Assembly: GCA_963663275.1 (NCBI GenBank)
Contig: OY760183.1
Span: 1,344,001-1,408,000 of the forward strand
Length of the DNA stretch: 64,000 nucleotides
DNA from: Chloroflexota bacterium
Lineage (GTDB): Bacteria; Chloroflexota; UBA11872; VXOZ01
Reading direction: 5' to 3'
A program made the position numbers and the translations under genes. Position 1 is the first letter of the stretch; the number at the start of each line of letters is the position of its first letter. The notes below the pieces were generated by a model that saw only the letters and a program-made list of their open reading frames with translations, did not search any database and was not told the DNA's origin. This document shows, piece after piece, positions 11,493 to 22,772 of the stretch.

Positions 11493-12515
11493 ATGTCGGA
11501 GAAAATCAAGATCGTCGCGCTTGAATCGGCGCATCCCCACGTGCACAGTCTCATCAGAGAGGCGCAAGGCCTGGCCGGCGCGGAGTTCGTGGGCTTTGCC
11601 GACCCCAGCGCCGAACGCCGCGCGCTCACCAAAGAACGCAACGAGTTTGGCGACGACATGGTCTTTGCCGACTACGAGCGGCTGCTGGACGAACGGCAGC
11701 CGGATGCGGCGATCATCTGTTCGACGAACGCCGACCACGTGAAGTACGTGGAGGCGCTGGCGCCGCGCGGCATACACATTATGCTGGAGAAGCCGTTTGC
11801 CGCCAGCCTCTCCCACGCCGACCGCATGATCGCGGCCTGCGAGCAGCATGGTGTGACCCTGATGGTCAATTGGCCCACCGCGTGGAATCCGGCGCTGCGG
11901 CTGGCGCGCGAGATTGCGCAGTCCGGTTCGCTGGGCCAGGTCTTCCAGATCGCCTTCCGGGGCGGGCACATGGGGCCGACGGCCGACTACGACAGTTGGT
12001 GGTACCGACCCCAGGACGGCGGCGGCGTGCTGCTGGACTACTGCTGCTACGCGGCCAACATGTTCACGTGGATACTGGGCAAACTGCCGCGCCAGGTCTG
12101 CGGCATGGCCGACGCGCTGGTGAAACCGGTCAAGTCCGAGGATAACGCGGCGCTGCTGCTGCGCTACGACGACGCGCTCTGCGTGAGCCAGGCCACTTGG
12201 ACGCGCTTCGGCCCGGAGCCGATACAGGGTCCCGTGATCAACGGCACGGAAGGCAGCGTGACGTCTATCGGCCGGGAACAGATCAAGCACTGCACGCGGG
12301 AGAATCCCGCAGGCGAGGTGATCGACGTGCCGCCGCTCACGGAGCCGCATCTGCAAGGCGGGCCGTCGTATTTCGTCCACTCCCTGCTGAACGGCACGCC
12401 GATCGAGTCGCCCTGCGACCCGGCGTTCAACCGGGACGGCCAGGAGATCCTGGAGGCCGGCAAGATCGCGGTGCAGAACGGCGTTACGGTGAATTTGCCG
12501 ATTCTGCCGTCCTAG
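11493..12515 (+). CDS. Gfo/Idh/MocA-family oxidoreductase
   Basis: HIMLEKPFA, GGGVLLDYCCY and EDNA; RBS aaggagg. Confidence 0.9.
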   Translation: MSEKIKIVALESAHPHVHSLIREAQGLAGAEFVGFADPSAERRALTKERNEFGDDMVFADYERLLDERQPDAAIICSTNADHVKYVEALAPRGIHIMLEKPFAASLSHADRMIAACEQHGVTLMVNWPTAWNPALRLAREIAQSGSLGQVFQIAFRGGHMGPTADYDSWWYRPQDGGGVLLDYCCYAANMFTWILGKLPRQVCGMADALVKPVKSEDNAALLLRYDDALCVSQATWTRFGPEPIQGPVINGTEGSVTSIGREQIKHCTRENPAGEVIDVPPLTEPHLQGGPSYFVHSLLNGTPIESPCDPAFNRDGQEILEAGKIAVQNGVTVNLPILPS

Positions 12516-12589
12516 GCCCGCCGCGCCAGCGGGCAGCGAGCAACGAAGAGGGGGAACGTTCGTCCGTTCCCCCTCTTTATCTTCCATTT

Positions 12590-12916
12590 CAAACCTCTGC
12601 ACAACTCCGTCTTTCCGGCGAAAGCCGGAATCCAGGGTGCCATTACTACTAACGAAGGCATCAAGTCAATCTATTTCACCCCCATCCCAGCCTTCCCCCT
12701 CAATGGGCTGACAGGGGTAGGCAAACTTGAATCGGCTTAAGGTGTCATTCCGAGCGGAGCGCAGCGGAGAGTCGAACCCTGTTCGCGGAATCTAGGGCGG
12801 GAAGCCGCAAGACTAGCAATTCTAGATTCCGCGAACCCTGTTCGACGCTCCGCTCGGAATGACAGTTGCCTACCCCTGTCAGCCCTCGGTAGGGAAGGGG
12901 TTATGCAAAGGTCTCC
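12590..12916. mobile_element. MITE family A copy interrupted by a family B MITE
   Basis: Degenerate left end aaacctctgca, right end tgcaaaggtctcc; body matches 17205-17346 once 12707-12883 is removed. Confidence 0.75.
12707..12883. mobile_element. MITE family B, second copy (opposite orientation)
   Basis: Same 17-bp TIRs as 7060-7292; flanks cctcaatgg and cctcggtag form a degenerate 9-bp duplication. Confidence 0.8.
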
Positions 12917-13128
12917 GATCGGCGTGCGTGGGTCGCGGCGCTCTACGCATCTTGACTTTTGCGTATGCCCCTACTATTATGAGAATTGGGAGCTTTTTCG
13001 AGCGCGCGCCGGCGAGGATGCCGGCGTAGCGGCGCCGAGACGGTCGGGCAAGCGCGTAGGAATGCGCCATAGCGCGCCCCGCGCGGCAGACTCCCGTTAC
13101 CAAGCGTTGCAGTCAAGAGAGAGAATCC

Positions 13129-15690
<2,562 letters not shown>

Positions 15691-15874
15691 GGCTTCTTTC
15701 ACAGGAGATTGCGCTGCGCGATAGGCCGACTTCCGCTTGCGACCGTTTTCCCAAAGTGTTGCGTGTGGTCCCGCCTCGGAGTCGCAAAGGTGTGTCATTC
15801 CAAGCGGAGCGAGGAATCCAGGATTATTGCTTGGCGCAATTGGCATGGTTGGCAGATTGCCGTTGGCGGCAAGA

Positions 15875-16034
15875 GGCGGGGGACAAACCCTGATGTTGTC
15901 GCATTAAAGGCAGTGAGAAAGAAAACTGCGCTCGTTTCTCCGGTAGCGCGGGTTTGTAACCTGCGTCTTCCGAAGGGTCAATCCATTCCGTTCTCATTTC
16001 TCATGTTCCGGCGGGGGACAAGCCCCCGCGCTAC
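15875..16034. repeat. ~160-bp composite REP unit (REPIN-like), copy 1
   Basis: Collinear with 16401-16562 and, reversed, with 61380-61543. Confidence 0.7.
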
Positions 16035-16216
16035 GACTTTGCGAAAGTCTGGGGCTGCTTATGGCAAGCACGAGTCAAGTGGCGCTGCGTCTCTCATGCG
16101 CGCGGCCTGGCATAAATTGCCCCCAATTTGCGTACAATAGAAGCACGTTGTTCCGTCCTAGCGGCAACGATTGAAGCATCCGCAGCTAATGCGAGAGGTT
16201 GAAAAGGAGTGATCAC

Positions 16217-16363
16217 ATGGCAAAGTGCGCAACTTGCGACGAGTCGGTTGACCCGGCAACCGCCGAGCACAAAGTGGAGTACCGGGGCAAAGTCTACTAC
16301 TTTTGCTGCCGCCACTGTCTGGCGGATTTCGAGCAAGCGCCGGAAAAATACGCGGAAGCCTAG
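16217..16363 (+). CDS. YHS/TRASH domain small metal-binding protein (48 aa, not in ORF track)
   Basis: Manual translation MAKCATCDESVDPATAEHKVEYRGKVYYFCCRHCLADFEQAPEKYAEA; RBS aaggag; downstream of copA. Confidence 0.88.
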   Translation: MAKCATCDESVDPATAEHKVEYRGKVYYFCCRHCLADFEQAPEKYAEA

Positions 16364-16400
16364 CGACTGCCCCCGCCTTCTTTCTTGCTGCCGCCAATGC

Positions 16401-16562
16401 GTAGCGCGGGGGCTTGTCCCTAATGGTGCCGCTAGACGCGATGAGAATTAGGACTATGCTCGTTTCTCCGGTAGCGCAGGTTTGTAACCTGCTTCTTCCG
16501 TAGGGTCAATCGATTCCGTTCTCATGTTTCTTGCTCCGGCGGGGGACAAGCCCCCGCGCTAC
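16401..16562. repeat. ~160-bp composite REP unit, copy 2
   Basis: gtagcgcgggggcttgtccc ... ggggacaagcccccgcgctac ends enclosing gtagcgcaggtttgtaacctgc. Confidence 0.8.
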
Positions 16563-16865
16563 GTTAATGCGACAGTATTGGGGCTTGTCCCCCGCTGAGA
16601 CCTGACTGGGGTACGCATTCTATAACCGACATCAGGTGTCTTTCCGAGCGGAGCGCAGCGGAGAGTTGCTAAGGGCGCGGAATCCAGGATATAGCCCCGC
16701 AGGTTCAGCATTCTAGATTCCTCGCTCCGCTCGGAATGACATTTGCGTGCCCCTGTTGCCTCGCTGAGACAGTGCGGGCCGTTCACCCTTCGACGCGCTC
16801 AGGGCGAACGGGCTAGCTCCCTGCGCGACGCGGTGGCGTAGGGGCGGTTCGCGAACCGCCCCTGC
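16563..16865. repeat. Mixed palindromic repeat cluster
   Basis: tgtc(a/t)ttccgagcggagcg inverted pair, ccgttcacccttcgac..gctcagggcgaacgg, and gtaggggcggttcgcgaaccgcccct. Confidence 0.7.
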
Positions 16866-17204
16866 GCGGATGGATTCGACACCGCGCCTGCGCACGCCCC
16901 GTGTGGAAGTGCGAACGTCCCTACGCGGATGGATTTGGCGCCGCTCTGGCGCACGCCCCGTGCGCAAGCGCGAACGTAAGCCGGCTTCTCTCTCCCGCTT
17001 CACTCCCCTGCGGCCCGGCAGATGCCCGACGATTCCCCTCATGCGCCGCCGCTAGAGTCAGGACGTTTGTGCTTTCTTACCAATTTCTTAGGATTCTAAG
17101 GCTTGACGGTCTGCGCAGTGTGAGACAATGCACGCAAGACCGGCGCCGGATGGGGCGTGGGTTGCGGAGGGGAAGTCGCCGCACACCGAAGCACTGCACC
17201 ATTT

Positions 17205-17346
17205 GGAGACCTTTGCACAACTCCGTCATTCCGGCGGAAGCCGGAATCCAGGGCGCTATTACAACCAAAGAGAGCATGAAGTCAAGCCATTGCACCCCCA
17301 TCCCAACCTTTCCCCTCGATGGGGAAGGGGTTTTGCAGAGGTCTCC
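17205..17346. mobile_element. MITE family A (~142 bp) with ggagacctttgca TIRs
   Basis: ggagacctttgca ... tgcagaggtctcc flanked by ttt/ttt; internal cgtcattccggcggaagccggaatcc palindrome. Confidence 0.8.
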
Positions 17347-17368
17347 TTTGGAGGAAAGGAGCAGAGCC

Positions 17369-18712
17369 ATGCTTACGCGCAGATCACTGTTAGCAGGCAC
17401 GGCGGCGCTTGCCGCCGGCTGTAGCACGGGAGGGTTTCCCCTTGCGCCGCCCAGCGCGCCGCAAGACGCGGAAATGAAGGTGGCGGCGTACACGCGATCC
17501 ATCTATCTCAACCTGCCGTATGGTGAATACGACGACAGCCACGGCAATGAGGATAGGTACGAACGGGCCCTGGCGGCGCTCACGGAGGACGCGGACAACG
17601 CCTATGGGCCGGCGCGCGCCGGGTACACGCTGGCGCTACGGTTCGTGGAGAGTTTCTACCCACCGAACAGGGAGGACGACGAAGCGCCCGAGACGGAAGA
17701 AGAGATCGAAGCGGCCCGCGCGGCGGCTCTTGCTTCAGTTGCCGAGACGCTGGATATCCTCGACGCGGACCTGGTGACCGTGTGGCCCGAGGAGGCGCGG
17801 TGGTGGGGCCAGGAAGGGCTTCTGCTGCCCCTGGATCGTTTCAGCGGCATGGAAGAGTCCGCGCTCAACGCGGAATTCTTCCCCACCGTGCTCAATCAAT
17901 ACCGGGGCGGCGGCACGCTCTACGCCCTGCCGGTGGACGCGGCCCCGCTCATGCTCCACTACGATGAGGCGTTGCTGGCAAGGCGAGGCGTGCCGCCGCC
18001 GGACGCCACGTGGCACTGGGACGACCTGGTGAGACATGCCGCCGCGCTCACCACCGCCAGGCAAGACGGCACGGTGACGCGCTGGGGCTTGATCGCACAC
18101 GGTTCATGGGTCTTTTGGGCGCTCTGGCAGAATGAAGCATCGATCGTGGACATGGACACGCGGCAGTGTCGTTTGCCGGAACCGGCGGCGGTTGAAGCCC
18201 TGCAATTCGTCCACGACCTCCTGCATAAACACCGCGTTTCCCCACTTGCGGATCTAGGGGACCTCTGGGACTACTTCATGGCAACGCCGCCAGCCATGCT
18301 CTACAGTTATCCTCCTTTAATCCTCAATGAAAGGAAGAGCTTTCGCATGGCGGCGCTGCCCCGGGGCAAGGTGTCCGCCACGCCGGTGCGCACCCATCTG
18401 GGGATAGGCATTGCCGCGCGCACGCAAAAGACAGAGGCGGCGTTCGCGGCGCTGAAAGGCTTCAACCGCGCCATGCAGGAACAGGTGGCCGTGCCGGCCG
18501 GCAGAGACGCGGTCGCCCGCCTGGCGGACATCCGCCCGGACATCAGCCCGGCGGAAGTGGCGGCGGTGCAACATTCGCTGGAACACGGCCGCGAATGGCC
18601 ACAGCACGGTCTTCCTTTAACCATGATGTACGAAATGACCCAAAGCCTCGGCCGCGGCAACGACGTGGCCACCATCGACTACCAGGCCTGCTCCTTGGCA
18701 CACGAGTATTGA
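17369..18712 (+). CDS. Tat-exported lipoprotein, sugar-type ABC extracellular solute-binding protein
   Basis: MLTRRSLL...AAGC signal; LLPLD, LYALP, W-WDDL motifs; RBS aaggag. Confidence 0.8.
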   Translation: MLTRRSLLAGTAALAAGCSTGGFPLAPPSAPQDAEMKVAAYTRSIYLNLPYGEYDDSHGNEDRYERALAALTEDADNAYGPARAGYTLALRFVESFYPPNREDDEAPETEEEIEAARAAALASVAETLDILDADLVTVWPEEARWWGQEGLLLPLDRFSGMEESALNAEFFPTVLNQYRGGGTLYALPVDAAPLMLHYDEALLARRGVPPPDATWHWDDLVRHAAALTTARQDGTVTRWGLIAHGSWVFWALWQNEASIVDMDTRQCRLPEPAAVEALQFVHDLLHKHRVSPLADLGDLWDYFMATPPAMLYSYPPLILNERKSFRMAALPRGKVSATPVRTHLGIGIAARTQKTEAAFAALKGFNRAMQEQVAVPAGRDAVARLADIRPDISPAEVAAVQHSLEHGREWPQHGLPLTMMYEMTQSLGRGNDVATIDYQACSLAHEY

Positions 18713-18814
18713 GGGATGGGCTGCAGCCGTTTTCGGATGAATTGCGAATGAATGTGGCACAACAGGCAAACCGGTGTAGCGTCAGAGGAGCACTGTGGCG
18801 AAAGGAGCAAGAAT

Positions 18815-19606
18815 ATGCTCACGCGCCGATCGTTACTCGCAGGCACGGTCGCGCTTGTCGCGGGTTGTAGTACGCTCGAGTCCACGTTCACACCGCCCAA
18901 CGTGCCAGAAGAGACGGCGTTGGATTGGGCCGTTCTGGGCGGCTTCGTCAGCCTCTTCGACCCGGAAAATCAGTTGCTCTCAGATGACAGAGTTTTGCAG
19001 AGGGGCCTGGACGCGCTAGCGGAAGATGTTGAGAATCCATACGGTCCGCAGCGTGGGCGGTATTCCCTTACCCTCCGCTACTCGCGGCATTGGCCGGAAA
19101 GGGATCCACCCCCGAACAGCGCTGATGAGATCCTGGACATTGCAAAGGAATGGTTGGATGGATTCTCCGCCGACCTAGTGGCGCTGCCGCCATTTATTGC
19201 CAGGTGGCTGGGCGAGAACGGCCTCGTGCTGCCCTTGGAGCGGTTCATGGGCGCGGATGGAACCAAGGTCGAGGCGGAGTTTGTCCCAAGCTCGCTCGAA
19301 CAGAGCCGGGGCCATGGTGGGCTCTATGCTTTGCCGGTAAGCGCCTTGCCGCTGATGGTGAGTTATGACGCGGCGTACTTCAAGAGAATGGGGGCGCCGC
19401 CGCCGGACGGGAGTTGGCGCTGGGACGACTTGGTGTCCCATGCGGAGCGGTTGACGCAGCGTGATGAGGAGGGAGAAGTCACGCGCTGGGGTATGGTGGC
19501 ATATGAGCCTTTCGGTTCCGGGCTGTGGTGGGCGCTCTGGCAGAACGAGGCGGCAATTGTAGACCCGGAAACGCTGCGCTGCCTCCTGCATGAACCCGCG
19601 GCATAG
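18815..19606 (+). pseudogene. C-terminally truncated paralogue of the solute-binding protein
   Basis: Same N-terminus and motifs as 17369-18712 but stops at EPAA*, where the paralogue continues EPAAVEALQF; low-GC DNA starts immediately after. Confidence 0.75.
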
Positions 19607-19607
19607 G

Positions 19608-21893
19608 TTAACTTGCTCTCTTGAGGAACATGGCAGTGCTGGTGCCTAGGGTACGCATTATGGGCATGATTACTCTTGCAACAGCGCTCGCTGCTTCACG
19701 ATAGTCACCAGAGTTCTCTGTCCCACCTTCTCCATCTCTTTCGTTCTGATAGAGTGACAAACCAATCACGGCCATAGCAACCGAAAACTGCTTCTTGACC
19801 AACTCTTCATTGCCCTTTGAATCCAAAAGACTCAACTCTTGGAGCAGGAATCTGTTGTCCATGTTGATATAGATATCTACCTCGTCACTGGCTCCTTGCT
19901 TGATTACTACAGCAGATTTCCTGTCCATGCCGTGTTGATCCCACTCGTTCTTGTAGACATGAATGGTATTGGGAAGATTCAGCTTTGGAGGTGGTGAAGG
20001 TGGTGTCTTTCTCTTCTCTTGGGGATCACATATGTTTAGAGTTAGCAATACCTCCAAAGGCTCAAATCGTGAGTCATCCATGAAGCCAAACTTGACCGCG
20101 AATCTGTCACCAACTTTGGCGTTACTAGGTGGTGCCAAGTAGACCCTGAAGCCACCATTCCATGGACCGTGATAGGAATGAAACGCCTCCTCCGGCTCAA
20201 GGAAGTACCCTGGACTGTCAGGCCTAGTTAGATAGTCGTTGGAGGCATCAGTTTCGCAATCTACGTAGCATGTTCGACTGTTGATGGGACAATCCTTTAC
20301 GTATTCTCCTGACTTGCCCTTCTTGAGCTCTAGTTTATTGGGAAACTTTGCTCCTTGAAACTTGCTTGCTCGACGTGGGGGGTCAAGTGGCCCACGAAAA
20401 CCCTTGCCTACACCTAACAACTCAGCAATTGTAGGAACATCCCGAACAAGCTTAGCGAATACCTCGATAGCCGTACTATTGTCTGCTACTCTCTCTCGGA
20501 TTGATTCCTCTCGACGTCGAAAATTCCATTCCCTTAGGGTCGGGTGTTTCCTTAATTCTTCCGCTAGTGCTTCTTCAAGCAGGCTTTTCCACTCTCCTTC
20601 ACGTAGCCTATCTCGAGAAGTCATGAACAGGTCATCCCGAATTGTAGTATCGATGTCACTACAGTCCACGGTTACCATTAACTCACGGGAAAGATAGTCT
20701 AAACCAACGCTCTTGCGTTCCAAGAATCGTCGATCCAGCGATGCATGTGCTTGTCCATTTCTTGTGAAGAATACGCAGTCATTTCTTAACCAGTGTCTTC
20801 GTTGACTGTCGCTATTGAACTGCCTAAACAACGTTGCTCTTACTTCTAACTTTCCAATTCTAGGTACGTTTAGGTGAAATGCCACTGGAAAGTCACTCTC
20901 AATTAAAGCACGATCACTAGCGATTCTTGTGTGCATGCCAGCAAGCACGATCTCGGGTGTGTGTGACCTGAAGGGTCTAAGTTCATGTAGTCTTACGGGC
21001 AGCGCTAGCCTCTGCAGCCTAGCGTTCAATTCGTACCACAAGTCGATAGTGATGATAGTGCGTTGGGGAATTCTGTACTCGTAGAGCTTTATCAAAGTGC
21101 CCCACTCTAAAGGTGATTCGTAGGGAAGCGAAGATCTTCCAGGAAGTACAGGGAGTTGTCCGGCATCTATTGTGGGAACTTCGCCTCCGGGAGCAAAATA
21201 CTCAAAGTAGGAGAGTTTCACGCCTTCTTCTGGGGGTGCCCGCCGTATCAGGGTAAACCCCCAAAGCGCGTCGTCATCGCCTTGTCGCAGAGAAGGATGA
21301 CGCCTAGACAATATCAGCTTATACTTGTGAGTTGACCCACAGAACTGTAGCACACCTGTGCTGCCTACATTGAATGTGCCTTGCACGAAATGATTCCGGA
21401 TTTTGTTCTGACTATCTAACGAAAGGAAAGTCTTGGGAAAAGCTAAAGGTGGCTGACCCTCGCCGAGGTCGACAATGGTAAGGGAAGGGTAGTTGGGAGG
21501 TTTCTTTCCAGTAGCAATTACCCGGATGTTTTCGGCTAGGGAGGATCGTCTTGCTTCTGAGAGATCTTCAAGGCGTCCATCGGTAACTCCGTAGAATCGT
21601 TCGGCTGCTTCCACCATGTTGCGTGGTGCCTTAGGATCTGAAGCACTAATCCCTTCCTCGTAACAGCCTCGAATCAACATTGCATCGACACTGTTTATGA
21701 TAAGCTCAATGAGGGCGTTTGTTGGGTGTGCTTGTTGACTCCCTATCGTGCTGTAGTTGTTTCTGTTCCCACCGTAAGGCTGCCAGTTCTGTTTGTTCCT
21801 GAGAGCAGGATAGCGATTGACAACTGCTGTGACTTCGGCTTCAGTCTCGCATTGCACCAAATTCATAAGGACTGTTCTGGTATCAAAGCTCAT
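19608..21893 (-). CDS. GHKL (MORC/MutL/Hsp90-like) ATPase domain protein, 761 aa
   Basis: ELIINSVDA, VDLGEG, GTFNVG and WGTLIKL Bergerat motifs; S5-like region (RNGQ...SRDRL); IYINMDN near the C-terminus; ATG 21893 with aggagg RBS. Confidence 0.8.
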   Translation of the reverse strand: MSFDTRTVLMNLVQCETEAEVTAVVNRYPALRNKQNWQPYGGNRNNYSTIGSQQAHPTNALIELIINSVDAMLIRGCYEEGISASDPKAPRNMVEAAERFYGVTDGRLEDLSEARRSSLAENIRVIATGKKPPNYPSLTIVDLGEGQPPLAFPKTFLSLDSQNKIRNHFVQGTFNVGSTGVLQFCGSTHKYKLILSRRHPSLRQGDDDALWGFTLIRRAPPEEGVKLSYFEYFAPGGEVPTIDAGQLPVLPGRSSLPYESPLEWGTLIKLYEYRIPQRTIITIDLWYELNARLQRLALPVRLHELRPFRSHTPEIVLAGMHTRIASDRALIESDFPVAFHLNVPRIGKLEVRATLFRQFNSDSQRRHWLRNDCVFFTRNGQAHASLDRRFLERKSVGLDYLSRELMVTVDCSDIDTTIRDDLFMTSRDRLREGEWKSLLEEALAEELRKHPTLREWNFRRREESIRERVADNSTAIEVFAKLVRDVPTIAELLGVGKGFRGPLDPPRRASKFQGAKFPNKLELKKGKSGEYVKDCPINSRTCYVDCETDASNDYLTRPDSPGYFLEPEEAFHSYHGPWNGGFRVYLAPPSNAKVGDRFAVKFGFMDDSRFEPLEVLLTLNICDPQEKRKTPPSPPPKLNLPNTIHVYKNEWDQHGMDRKSAVVIKQGASDEVDIYINMDNRFLLQELSLLDSKGNEELVKKQFSVAMAVIGLSLYQNERDGEGGTENSGDYREAASAVARVIMPIMRTLGTSTAMFLKRAS

Positions 21894-22575
21894 TGGTTGC
21901 CTCCTGCGACTGGCTGTCCAACACGTTCCAAACATCTGAACCTTGTTCCAGGAAGCGCGAAGTGTCGCGGAATCGATACGTACCACGCTGCGGTATTTCA
22001 AGCACATGAATGTGATTCATCGCACCCAAGGCCAAATACACTTTGTATGAAGACATGTCCAGGCTATCGACAACCTCTTCTGGCCTAAAGGTTTGTTGTT
22101 TGGCGGCCAGTTCAGATAGCAGATCAATGAATCGGATAAACTCCTCCTTTGACATCTTGTGCTCGTAGTTGTCTTTACCATTTCTCTTTAGCCCCTGCTT
22201 AACCAAGCTATTGTTCTGTACGAAAAAGACCGGAGGCCTCTTCCTCCTACGTAGTCGAGGCTTGGGTTCAGCACGAGTCTGTGCACTCTGTTCTGAGAGA
22301 TTCAAGGGATATTCTTCAGTGCTCTCCCTTACAATCGCTGCATCAGGGTTGCGCATAGGCGATATAGTTCGCTCCTGGACAGTGCTCGCTTCGCTCAGTG
22401 AGCCACATTTGATCTGCAATTCGTCTACGTCCCGTGCGAGATCGAAAAGTATTCGCGCGCGATTCCAATCGCCATCCTTCTGCGCAAGTTCGGTGCTAAG
22501 TTCCAGTAGAAGCTTCTTGGCACTCTCGAAGTGCTGTCTGATTTGGCACCAAGCGTTCTCGGAATTCTTTGACAT
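21883..22575 (-). CDS. Hypothetical protein with helical N-terminus and probable C-terminal winged helix
   Basis: 230 aa; ggagg RBS; overlaps the ATPase start by 11 bp; FRPEEVVDSLDMSSYKVYLAL...LEIPQRGTYRF resembles a wHTH. Confidence 0.7.
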   Translation of the reverse strand: MSKNSENAWCQIRQHFESAKKLLLELSTELAQKDGDWNRARILFDLARDVDELQIKCGSLSEASTVQERTISPMRNPDAAIVRESTEEYPLNLSEQSAQTRAEPKPRLRRRKRPPVFFVQNNSLVKQGLKRNGKDNYEHKMSKEEFIRFIDLLSELAAKQQTFRPEEVVDSLDMSSYKVYLALGAMNHIHVLEIPQRGTYRFRDTSRFLEQGSDVWNVLDSQSQEATNEL

Positions 22576-22625
22576 CTTGCCCTCCCACACTAGAAGAACG
22601 GCATCCTCTACCTGTACTGTCTTCT

Positions 22626-22679
22626 ACTATAGCACAGATAGAGGGGATGAGTCAACAGATATACTGTAGAAATCTACTG
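22626..22679 (-). promoter_or_regulatory. Putative promoter of the island operon with adjacent imperfect palindromes
   Basis: Minus strand TTGACT-18 bp-TATAGT with a TG extension; acagatatactgt and gtagaaatctac abut the -35 box. Confidence 0.5.
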
Positions 22680-22772
22680 GGATTTAGAGGAAGTTGCTGT
22701 AATCTCTGCAAGATTTCCACTGGGAGTAACTATAACTCGCCGCAGGGGCGGGAGATTCGCATCTTTTTCCTG

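Noticed and set aside
16901-17368. N-terminal extension of the 603-aa ORF
   Set aside because: Runs through MITE-A; the Tat signal and RBS place the start at 17369.
19608-21893. Housekeeping gyrB, mutL or htpG
   Set aside because: Lacks family-specific motifs (Toprim, GFRGEAL, IGQFGVGFY) and sits in a low-GC island.
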